A DNA stretch of 64,000 nt, taken from contig JBHGNT010000015.1 in the NCBI GenBank assembly GCA_043228905.1, forward strand, positions 8,618,001 through 8,682,000. The letters run 5' to 3'. Of the stretch, positions 53,060 to 64,000 are shown piece after piece. The DNA comes from Azolla caroliniana (lineage: Eukaryota; Plantae; Polypodiophyta). The notes below the pieces were generated by a model. That model saw only the letters and a list, made by a program, of their open reading frames with translations. It was not told the origin of the DNA and did no database searches. Both the position numbers and the translations under genes were made by a program. Positions within the stretch are counted from its first letter, which is position 1, and each line of letters starts with the position of its first letter.

Positions 53060-54332
53060 GATGGATAGAGGCATGGCTAGCTCGCTTCCGACGGAGAAGC
53101 TCGATAGAAACAACTACGCATCTTGGTCCTACAAGATGCACCAGTACCTGCTCGGGCACGGTTACTAGAGCTATGTCACCGGAGCAAATGACACAGCACC
53201 CGAATTGACACAGAAAGATTTCCCAGTGTGGGAACAGTCGACGAGCAAAGTACTGTACTGCTTCACGTCTTGTGTGGGCGAATAGTTATTAAGCTACGTT
53301 CGGGATGCAAAAACGCCAAAGGGTGCATGGGAAAATCTGAAGAAGATCTTCACCGCGAGCACCACAGCCAGGAAGCTTCAGCTCCAATAGGAGTTGAGCA
53401 ATCTATGACAATGCGATTTGTCACTGGCTGACTATACCTCGAAGATCAAGGACATATGCGACTCCTTAGCTTCCATCGATGTGAACATAGAGGAAAGCGA
53501 GATGGTCCAGGTCTATCTCGGGGGTTTGGCGTCAAAGTTCGAAGCATTCCGAACTGCTATGTGTACCCGGGAGAATACGCCATCCTTTTTTGACTTACAG
53601 TCGATGCTCCTGGTAGAGGAGAACCATGCGGGTGCGTCAACGAGCACACACACCGACAACAAGATGTTGTACACGGAGGGAGATAGGCGTCGTGGACGTG
53701 GAGGATGAGGCGAGTCGGTGCGCAATGGAGGTGGCCGACGAGATCAAGGAAGGAGGCACCGAAATGATGCCGACAGCAATTCCAGACCCTCCGGAAATAG
53801 GGGGAGTCGAGGCGATGAGAACCGGCAAGGGAAACCTGCCACGGAATGCTGGTATTGTGGCAAGAAAGGCCACAGGGAGAGCGAGTGCTAGAAAAAACAC
53901 GCCGAGTCGGAGAAGACCCGTTCCGGATCTGGTTCCGGACACACCGACAAAGGAAACCGGCAGCGATCGCACTACGCAGAAGGATCCGAAAAAGCCGGAA
54001 AAGGGTCTGTCTTCGTGACGAGACACGAAGCAAACTCAATGCAGCAGACCACCCCGAAATCGGACAAGGTGTGCTACGTCGACTCCGGTGCGTCAAATCA
54101 CATGACGTGCCATAAGGAGTGGTTCTCGTACCTAGAAAAATCGATGCAACTAGGAGAAGTCGCAACCGGAGATGACACTCCGCATCCGATCGCGAATGTC
54201 AAAGAAGTTCCCCTGAGCCATGTCGGTCAAAAAGGGAAACTCATGAACGTGCTACACGTTCTGACAATCACCAAAAACTTGGTGTCGGTCGAACAGATCG
54301 TCGACCAAGGGATGGAGGTCTAGTTTACACAC
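53060..54332 (+). pseudogene. Copia gag-protease fragment
   Basis: LPTEKLDRNNYASW, ECWYCGKKGHRESEC knuckle, YVDSGASNHM. Confidence 0.88.
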
Positions 54333-56484
54333 TGTTGAGAATCAAGCTCAACTTGGTCTAGTGTGTGAACTCACCTTGAGAGTGAATAGACACTCCAACG
54401 GTCAAGAGTCACCATTAAGTCACCTCTTTGTATTCTAGCATTTAGTATGAGTCATAGAATCATATTCTATGACACATAACTTATGAGCTTTCACATTCCC
54501 CATGCTCCGTGAACCTTGTAGTTAATGAAGAGAGAGGGTGACTATATAAAGCACCCTCCTCCCACCTTGTATTTAGTTGAGTCTTTCTCCTTTGTTAATA
54601 TATTTTTACCTTGCGTATTCTTTGTGTATTATTCCTTATCTCTCTCACTCACTCTCTCTCTCTCTCTCATACACACACACACAGTTCACACCTATTCCGC
54701 TGCACAAGAATCACCATTGATTCTTTACATGGTATCAGGGCGATTTGGTAGTTCGATCTAGCCCATTCGCCTCATCGTGATCGTGTGTTGTGCTCCACGC
54801 CGACGACCAAGAACCAGCTCATCGCTATCGTAGCCTCGCTACATAGCTTGCGTTCGAAGAGAGAAGAAGAAGAAAAAGAATCGACATAATGAATACTCAA
54901 ATGGGAAGCGCTCTCCCTACCGAGAAGTTGGATCGAAACAACTTCGCATCTTGGGAATACAAGATGCACCAATACCTTGTCGGACAAGGCTATTGGAGCT
55001 ACATCAAAGGAGTGCATGAAGACCAACCCGCCGAAGCGGCTCCCGGATACGTGACATGGGAGCAAGCCGCAAGCCGCGTGATGTATTGCTTGGGGACATG
55101 TGTTCAAGATCACATGCTCGGCTACATTCGCGAAGCCAAGACGCCGAAGGAGGCATGGGAAATTCTACGAAAGATTTTCGCGGCGAACACAACCGCAAGA
55201 AGGCTTCAAATCTGCCAAGAGTTAAACAACATTCAACAAAGGGACATGTCCATCACGACACACACATCGAAGATCAAGGTGCTTTGCGATTCGCTCGGCT
55301 CAATAAGCATAAATATCGATGATGATAAGATGGTTCAAATATGCCTCGGCGGCCTCGCACCACGGTTCAGCGCGATGCGAACCGCCATTCTAGCACGGGA
55401 GAAATCTCCCTCCTTCTTTGAGCTCCAATCAATGCTATTGGTCGAAGAAAACACGTGTGTACAAGGAGCAATGAGTTAGAAGGCCACATGCTCTACACGC
55501 ACTCGAACGGAGGAAGAGGACGCGGACAAGCGAGAGGCCGATTCAGCCAAGGACAAGGCGGCCGAGGTCCGACCTACGACAACAACTCCCAATTTCAGCC
55601 GCCAAACGGAAGCCAACGAGGAACCTTTGCAAGAAGGGGGAGCTTCCACTTCGTCCCAAGCCGTCAAAATGCAACCAAATGTGGATATTGCAGAAAACTC
55701 GAGCACCACGAAGAAGAGTGCCGAAAGAAGATGCATGAATCAGCTTCCACAAGCCGACAACTCACGAATTACGCGCACAATTCCGACTACGAAGAGTATA
55801 GCGGAATGTAAGGTGTCGCGAAAATACGACGAGGATACGTGAACATTGAGGCAAGACCCCGGGGCCTTTGTCTAGAGGATATCAAATTCGTGTATTTATA
55901 TACTAAGAATTAACCGAAATGAGAAAGATTAACAAATTTTCATTAATAAAAGGGAAAGAAAGATTACAATCAATCCCAAGATTGGGATTACAAAAGTTTT
56001 ATCTTATGGAGATGATTAGAATAATAGATTAGAAGAAATAAGAGATTATGATTCTTGAGTGATATGGCTTTGACAAGGAATTTTGGATTTTGAGAGATTG
56101 CTTCCGTATGGAGATTATGGTTTACTTGAGAGCTAGCTTCCGTAGGGAAGATTAGGGTTCTTCGCTTCCATAAGATAAGAGAGCTCTCCCCAACAAAAGA
56201 AAAAAAAAATAGATAATATGGAGAGTGCTCGTGTAGAAAAAAAATGGAATAAATATGGAGTTCTCTCTTGATCATAGCCTTTTCACTTTTTGTTGCATGG
56301 CCTCTACTTTTAGTTGCCTAGCTTTTTCTTTTGGTTGCATGTGACTGTCCACATGACCTTTACTTTTTCCATGCACTCCCTTCTTTAGTTGCTTGCGTCC
56401 ACATGGCCTTTACTTTAGTTCTCTTCACTTTACTTTAGTTTGTTGCATGATCCAATCTTTCGTCCGTCCGCGTCCAACATCGTC

Positions 56485-56950
56485 CGGTAGCCGGTTCCAT
56501 TTTACTTGTCGGTCGGTTCTGGTTCCTATTTTGCTTGCCGGCCGGTTCCAGTTTGCTTGCCGGTTCCGGTTCCGGTTTTGCTTGCCGGACGGTTTCCGGT
56601 TTTGCTTGCCGGCCGGTTTCCGGTTTGCATACCCATTCCGGTTCCGGTTTGCTTGCCGACCGATTCCGGTTTTGCTTACCAGCCGGTTTTGCTTACCGGC
56701 CGATTTTGCTTACCGGCCAGTTTCTGGTTTCTGGTTTCCGGTTTTGCTTACCAGCCGGTTTGCATACCCATTCCGGTTTCGATTTTGCATACCGGCTGGT
56801 TTCTAGATTGCACACCGGCCAGTTTCCGGATTGCATACCGACCCGTTTCCGGATTTGCTTACCGGCCCGTTTCCGGATTTGCTTACCGACCCGTTTCCGG
56901 TAAACCAAACCCGTTTTCCGGATTTGCTTACTGGCCGGTTTCCGGTTTTA
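56485..56950. repeat. CCGGTTT-rich short tandem repeats in the gypsy D LTRs (also 62615-62985)
   Basis: Units such as TTTCCGGTTTTGCTTACCGGCC; copy number differs between the two LTRs. Confidence 0.9.
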
Positions 56951-57330
56951 GGGAATTTGGCCACCATCATCCATCAAGACAAAGTGGCCAAAGTGCTCTT
57001 AGCACAAATGAAAAATGAGGGAGCTCAAGGTGTTTATATAGCCAGGGCCTTAACTTTCCTATCTATGTGGGATAGTTCTAATTTCTCTATCTAATCAAAC
57101 TTCATTTTCCCATAACTTGATATGTATTTCTCCATTTTGTATATAGTAAAATACATTTTGAAGCTCTTGAGTATATCCATCTTTCTATAGTAAGCTACTA
57201 ATCTAATCTATAATAATTATTTCATTATTTTTTTACATAGTGTGTGAAGATTCACACGACATTCGCCCCCACCAAACCTGCACATCCACCGGTATGTGCC
57301 AATTTTGGTGAGGATTCATTTTTTTGTTTA

Positions 57331-59711
57331 CTATACTTTTTCATCGATGCTTAAGACTGAATCGTCAAAAGCTCCGAATCCAATTTCTATTCTATCTCTT
57401 CTCTTGAAGATCTTGATTCTTTTACCGGCAATTGGCAAGGCAAGTGGTGTACCATCCAGTTCTACGAAATGATATGTTGCATTATCTTCTACTTTCTTCA
57501 CCACATATGGACCAAACCATCGTTGTGAGAATTTTCGAGCCGTACTATGTTGGTTATCTAGGCTACTGTCATAGACTAGCACCCAATCTCCTTCAACGAT
57601 TTTCCTCGGCCGAAGTCGATGTCGTTTATCGAAGTCTTTCTTGTTCTTTAGCCTTGCATTCTTTAGCCGCGCTTTAGCCACCTCTACATCTTCCAAATTC
57701 CGCTCTAATTGTCGAATCCTCAATGCTAGAAGATCTTCTCTACTTATCTCATCTTGCCATGGCAATGCAAACCATGAAATAATACTTTGTTCTACCAGCA
57801 TTATTGGCTTTTGTCCGAATATGAGCTCTGCCGGCATGTATCCCGTCACCGTGCTATGAGTAGTCCTGTCAACCCATAATGCAAATGGCAATAGACGTGG
57901 CCATTCTCCTATTTTCCCATGGCAAGCTTTCACTAGAGCCTTCACAATCGGTCCATGTCCACGCTCCACCTTCCCATTTGCTTCCGGATTATACGCCATG
58001 GTAAGAGATAATTTGATTCCCATCCTTGAGAAGATTTCTCTAGCTTCATTGGCATCCAACTCGCCTCTATCAGCCACTATCTTGCCAATGCATCCATATC
58101 TGCAAATAACATCTTCAAGAAGGAATCGACATACCGATGATGTCTCCTTAGTTCTTAATGCTCGCCCTTCAACTTGATTGGTAAGATCCTCTCTCGCAAG
58201 CACAAGATACTTCATCTGCCATCGTCCCATTGGCATCATCACTATGTCCACCATCCACTTGTAATGCATAGCCAACGGGTAAGTCGGATGAAGTCCATCT
58301 CGATGGCGAATATTCGAAAACATTTGACATTCCTTACATGTTTCCACATAAGCTACTACATCTTTGTAGATGCCCGGCCACCAATATTTCTCCTTAAGCT
58401 TCGCAAACGTAGCCCATATTCCTCGATGGCCTGCAAAAACACTATCATGAAATTCAGACATTAGTTTTTGTTGGTCTTCTAGCTTGCAGACAACTCTCAT
58501 CGGAGTCCCATTCTTCTTTTTTGCATGCTTCCAAAGAGCTCCATCCTTAAGGAAATACTTGTATGCTTTCTTCCGAATTCGATGGAAGTCTTCCGTCGAC
58601 CATGATTCATCTTTTTGGAGAGAAGTTAAGTATTTCCCGATCTCCACGAATTCGACTTCGTAGTCCTCTTCTATGAAAGTAATCAACACCCGAGCATAGG
58701 AACTTGCAAAGAAATCCAAGCCAACATCATCTTCATCAGAATGTCGATCTTCTTCTCCGTCATATCTCGCTCGTGATAGCATGTCTGCAACGACATTACG
58801 CTTCCCAGCTATATGACGGATCTCCGGGTTGAGTGATTTGATATATGCAATCCAACGCAACATGGCAATATCCGGTGTATTACAACTAGATATCATACCC
58901 AAATTTGGTAGGCAATCTATCTCAATTATGACTTCTGCTCCAATAAGGTAATCACGATCAGATTTAATTGTCGAGACGATCCCCCATAGCTCCCTCTTCA
59001 CTTGGGCATACCTTCTTTGCCTGTCACTTAACACTTTCGCACCAAACCGAATTGCATATCGGTTGCAATCTTCATCTTCTTGGTTGATAACCCATCCAAT
59101 TCTGATTGGACTAGTATCCACAGTCACGAAAATGGGCTTGCCGTATGAATAGTCCTCCCTTCCAACTCGTAGCTTTCCCTTCGTCTCTTCAGTGAAGATG
59201 TGACCAATTGTATTTGGGTTCCTTAAGCTTGGATCTTTTGCAACTTCCTTCATCTTTTGCCAGCTATCTTCCGGTAGCGGAACTGCAACTGGCTTGATCT
59301 TCCTATCCACGGTTTTATATTTTGTGTTGACTTCGACTTCCTCTATCAAGATGCCTCGATGATATTCATCGATGATAGTATACATGTTGACGGAGTTAAC
59401 CGAAATCACATGTTGATGGTGAGGATAGCTCAAATCCACGACTTCCTCGATTTCGCCGATGGTGTCATTAAATGAGGCTTCCTCCAGAATATATGACACG
59501 AATTCTTCTTCTTCGATTATGCTTTCTTCTTTCAGCACCTCCTCGAAGTCTTGTATCTGACACTTTTCCTTCTTGTTGAGTAGTCTAAGTTTGCATGCGC
59601 CGCCAGGTGTGACGCATGTTGCTTCTCCTTGCAATCCACGCACTTTGCTTCCTTGTGGGGACTTATGATTGCTCGGACTATTTGTGCCCCATGCTTCAAT
59701 AGTCCGCTTTA
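57331..59711 (-). CDS. pol: Gypsy D Pol (-1 frame): linker, RNase H and integrase, RT absent
   Basis: Open from the slippery site onward. VDTSPI/YAQVKREL (RH), FH..GH..CKEC zinc finger, ADRGEL, YNPEANGKVE, WFGPY. Confidence 0.88.
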
Positions 59712-59718
59712 AAAATCC
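59656..59718 (-). promoter_or_regulatory. Predicted -1 programmed ribosomal frameshift signal (G GAU UUU plus pseudoknot)
   Basis: GGATTTT, 5-nt spacer, CGGACTATT/AATAGTCCG stem, and loop TGGGG complementary to a downstream CCCCA. Homologues at 19309-19354 and 34648-34710. Confidence 0.75.
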
Positions 59719-61889
59719 GAGGATTCGCCTCCAAGGCTATCTCGGTTCCTTTCATGATTAGCTCGCACCGTCAGGAATTGAACGGATCTTTTACTATCAA
59801 GACTCTTGACGCGCGCGAAGGCCGCTCCATTATCGAACACCTTGGTCTCCATCCGGGACGATGTTATATATGGTTGTCCTAGGATGACGGGATGTGAAGC
59901 CGAGTCTTGCACGAAGAAGTGTTGATCAATCTCTACATCCCCGATCGTGACTTTAACGTTGGGGCAAGCTCCGTACAAGTCCTCCGTAGCCTTCGTCGCC
60001 GCTCGAATCTTCCATCCGTGGTTTGTATTAATCGGCCATCTTCCTTTCTTGTAGAACTTGGTCGACATGAGGTTGATCTCTGAGCCATGGTCAATCAAAG
60101 CGACCACGGTCTCTTTCTTCTCCCCGATCTTCACCGGTGTCTCCGTTGTCGCTCTTGCCCAATGAGGCCGCGAGTAATGGCTATCCGCCACCACTTCTTC
60201 TTCTTCCTCCTCTTCCGATCTTGCCATGGTTATGGCACTTGTTTTCACCTCCTCTTCATCAGATTGTTGCCGCTTCCTCTTAATAAGGTCCACGATAGTA
60301 TCATGGAACTCCTTCTTCGCGATCCCAAGTAGCTCTCTCAAGGTAAGGTCGACATGACTATCTAAAACCTTCTCCTCAAGGACCTTCCGCAAGTTAGTTG
60401 TTTGTTCTATGTCCGACCTTAGCTTGTAAGTCGATGCCGCTCGTTCTTTTCCTTTCTTCGTTGATTCTTCGACTTCCATCCGAGCAGGTTGGCTCGATCC
60501 ACCGGGCTTCATGTTTGTTTCACCAATCTCTTTTCTTGGGATAGGTTGGGGTGGCCCTTCTTTCCCTCCGCTCCTCGTGTTAGGTCGCTTTGATGTGCCA
60601 TCTTCTTCACTGGTTCTCTTCCTCTTCTCTTCGACAAGGGCTTCATAGGTGTCACACACAACCTCTGCAAAGCTTGTGTTTTCGTAGATTGGATCTGACC
60701 ATCCGGTTGCTCGTCGCACGTTTCGGTCAGCAAGTTTTAGATCCTCCAAATTGATTTTGCCTTTTTCTTCGCACTCGAAGACCATTGGCCAAAACCTAGC
60801 TCCTGGCTTGATCATTTTAAGATTCTCTTTTCCAACTCATATCCCAGCCGAAGCGGCATAGTGCATAGCCTCCACATGCCTTGCATCTTCTTCTTCTACA
60901 ATCTTTTTCCGCCCACCTCTTCCGAAGTTCACTCGTAGCGGCTTCCGGGTCTCACTTGAGTGAATCATGTTGCCGTCCAAATAGACGACATTCTTGCGGA
61001 TCGCATCTTGCAAGTCAGCACATTCCCTTCGTGAGTGTTCAAAGCTATCGCACCACACACATCTATACGCTTCTTTTCCCTTGGGCCCGCGTTGACCTAA
61101 GTTGGCTAGCGATACCGCTTCAAACTTCTTGGAGAGCTCTTCGATTATAGACTCCTCCATTGCTTTCTTGTCGAAATTGTTGATCGGCTTACTAGGCTCA
61201 ATCGTCGTAGGTGCCTTCTTCCACAATTGTGGATTCTCGACCTCAGCTTCCTCTTGCCATTGTCGCCGCTTATCAAAACGGCTGCAAGCCTTCTTCACCG
61301 CCGCCCAATCCGCTACCAAACCATTTGGTTGTGTTTCGTCCTCCAAGAAACTACCCAATTCTCGCCGATCTTTCGCATCCATTGCCTTTAGGAATAGTAA
61401 GACTTTATCTCCGTCGAGAACTCGTTGCTCGACACTCGGAAGTCGGTTGTACTTCTGGTCGAATTTGGCATAAATTCCCGATACACACAGATTCTTCCCT
61501 TTCTTCTCGATCCAATTCATTAACGTATGCCGAGTCATCCGCGATGCGTCTTCAAGCATGTATTCAGTGAGAAGAGCCCTTTCGAACTCCGCCCAAGTTG
61601 CATGCTCGTTTTGGATCTCCATCACGCGCTCACGGATCCCGGGTTCTACCACACGCTTAAAGCTTGAAATTTGTTTTGGATCATGGACATCTCTTTGTTG
61701 CATCTCATTCCGGTAGGTAGCAAGGAAATTTGTGATGTTCTTCCCACCAAATCTTCCAACTGTCTCCACAGTTCGGTCAATAGCTTTGTCGACTAAAGCC
61801 TCCCGATCTCTCTCTTTCAGCATGAATTCGACGACGGACACCATGCCTTTCGTCAATTCTTCTCCTTGAGTTCCACTTGTCGAAGTCAT
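59709..61889 (-). CDS. gag: Gypsy D Gag-protease (one in-frame CGA>TGA stop at 60837-60839)
   Basis: ORFs 60837-61889 and 59709-60815 share a frame. CVWCDSFEHSRREC knuckle and ALIDHGSEIN protease motif. Confidence 0.88.
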
Positions 61890-64000
61890 CTTCGTACTTG
61901 ATATCCTCCTACTGCCTCGTTCACGTCGGGTTCACGAAAGATGTCGCGAAAATACGACGAGGATACGTGAACGTTGAGGCAAGACCCCGGGGCCTTTGTC
62001 TAGAGGATATCAAATTCGTGTATTTATATACTAAGAATTAACCGAAATGAGAAAGATTAACAAATTTTCATTAATAAAAGGGAAAGAAAGATTACAATCA
62101 ATCCCAAGATTGGGATTACAAAAGTTTTATCTTATGGAGATGATTAGAATAATAGATTAGAAGAAATAAGAGATTATGATTCTTGAGTGATATGGCTTTG
62201 ACAAGGAATTTTGGATTTTGAGAGATTGCTTCCGTATGGAGATTATGGTTTACTTGAGAGCTAGCTTCCGTAGGGAAGATTAGGGTTCTTCGCTTCCATA
62301 AGATAAGAGAGCTCTCCCCAACAAAAGAAAAAAAATTTAGATCATATGGAGAGTCCTCGTGTAGAAAAAAAAATGGAATAAATATGGAGTTCTCTCTTGA
62401 TCATAGCCTTTTCACTTTTTGTTGCATGGCCTCTACTTTTAGTTGCCTAGCTTTTTCTTTTGGTTGCATGTGACTGTCCACATGACCTTTACTTTTTCCA
62501 TGCACTCCCTTCTTTAGTTGCTTGCGTCCACATGGCCTTTACTTTAGTTCTCTTCACTTTACTTTAGTTTGTTGCATGATCCAATCTTTCGTCCGTCCGC
62601 GTCCAACATCGTCCGGTAGCTGGTTCCATTTTGCTTGCCGGTCGGTTCCGGTTCCGATTTTACTTGCCGGCCGGTTCCGGTTTTGCTTGCCGACCGGTTT
62701 CCGGTTTTGCTTGCCGGCCGGTTTCCGGTTTGCATACCCGTTCCGGTTCCGGTTTTGCTTACCGGCCGGTTTCTGGTTTTGCTTCCCGGCCGGTTTCCGG
62801 TTTTGCTTACCAGCCGGTTTGCATACCCATTCCGGTTCCGGTTTTGCATACCGGCCGGTTTCCGGATTGCATACCGGCCAGTTTCCGGATTGCATACCGG
62901 CCCGTTTTCGGATTTGCTTACCGACCCATTTCCGGTAAACCGGACCCGTTTTCCGGATTTGCTTACTGGCCGCTTTCCGGTTTTAGGGAATTTGGCCACC
63001 ATCATCCATCAAGACAAAGTGGCCAAAGTGCTCTTAGCACAAATGAAAAATGAGGGAGCTCAAGGTGTTTATATAGCCAGGGCCTTAACTTTCCTATCTA
63101 TATGGGATAGTTCTAATTTCTCTATCTAATCAAACTTCATTTTCCCATAACTTGATATGTATTTCTCCATTTTGTATATAGTAAAATACATTTTGAAGCT
63201 CTTGAGTATATCCATCTTTCTATAGTAAGCTACTAATCTAATCTATAATAATTTTTTCATTAGTTTTTTTACATAGTGTGTGAAGATTCACACGACAACG
63301 GGCATAACTCCGACTACGAAGATCATGGCAGAATGTATGGGCACAACTCCGACTACGAAGATCATAGCGGAATGTATGCACACAACTCCGACCGTGGCGG
63401 AATTTTCATGATGAAACATAGAGCAAACTCTATCTCGGCCGCTACCTCAACTAGTGCCTCCGGCCCGGAAGACGTATGGTTTGTGGATTCCGGTGCCTCA
63501 AACCATATGACATCGCATCAAGAATGGTTCCGAGAACTTCGAGAGCCGGACCGACCCGGCTATGTCGAAACCGGAGACGACACTACGCACCCGATTCGGC
63601 ACATTGGAAATGTTCCATTCGGAAAAGAAGGTAAGCAAAATTACATTAAAAATGTCTTGCATGTACCGACCATTACGAAGATTTTGGTCTCCGTCGGCCA
63701 AATTGTAGAGCAAGGGATGCAAGCTCAATTTAATCAAGGTGGTTGCTTCATCGAAAAAGAGGGCCGACTCATCGCACGCGGATGAAGAGAGGGCCGAATG
63801 TTCATTCTCGACTCACAGGAGATGAAATTGGCCATGTTCGCAAAGGGCATAAAAGCCAACTCCGACATAGAGCTATGGCACAATTGAATCGGCCACATCA
63901 ATCTCAACAAACTCAAAGCAATGAAATCGAAAGGAGTAGTCATCGGACTCCCGACATTCAAAGAGAAGGAGATTGAAGGTGTATGCGAAGCGTGCCAATT

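Larger units (their letters stand above)
55814..63297 (-). mobile_element. Gypsy element D (Trp-primed, young, RT deleted): LTRs 61942-63297 (5') and 55814-57261 (3')
   Basis: Highly similar LTRs, PBS at 61920-61936, hairpin/PPT at 57262-57300, flanks AAGG/ACGG. Confidence 0.95.
54333..64000 (+). mobile_element. Copia element running off the window (5' LTR 54333-54729, iMet PBS 54730-54741, gag 54889-55813, PR-IN 63298-64000)
   Basis: TGTTGAG..TTTACA followed by TGGTATCAGGGC; CGYCRKLEHHEEEC; WFVDSGASNHM. Interrupted by gypsy D within a 39-bp HNSDYEDHxxMY repeat. Confidence 0.9.

Noticed and set aside
56393-57094. Multiple overlapping Arg/Phe/Pro-rich ORFs (also 62522-63129 and 45821-46326)
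   Set aside because: Stop-poor tandem repeats inside LTRs, open in all frames on both strands.
60837-60839. Programmed stop-codon readthrough in gag
   Set aside because: Homologous copies have CGA or AGA (GIRVGK, KIRVGK), so this is a CpG-decay nonsense mutation.

Overview
Eukaryotic intergenic DNA from a land plant (probably a non-seed plant such as a fern; this is inferred from the transposon mix). It consists almost entirely of nested, mostly decayed transposable elements, and no host gene is evident. Contents: (i) many Ty1/copia LTR retrotransposon fragments of two groups, one Tnt1/Tork-like with TGTTGGG..AACA LTRs and one tRNA-iMet-primed with TGTTGAG..TACA LTRs; (ii) a tRNA-Trp-primed Ty3/gypsy group with TGTCG..CGACA LTRs (four elements plus a solo LTR); (iii) a Tcn1/Tf2-like gypsy pol fragment and a degenerate non-autonomous gypsy; (iv) a Sola2-like DDE transposase with a convergent RING-finger gene. 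Most interesting signals: a complete minimal type I hammerhead ribozyme (2247-2307, minus strand) just downstream of a TATA box, inside a foreign 1.55-kb insert that resembles a Penelope-like/retrozyme repeat; and a set of cis-signals shared across the Trp-primed gypsy group. These are a covarying -1 frameshift pseudoknot placed after the protease, 4-bp target duplications centred on CpG, a covarying hairpin before an atypical G/T-rich PPT, and tRNA-like A/B boxes inside the LTRs. All calls were made by eye; no searches were run.
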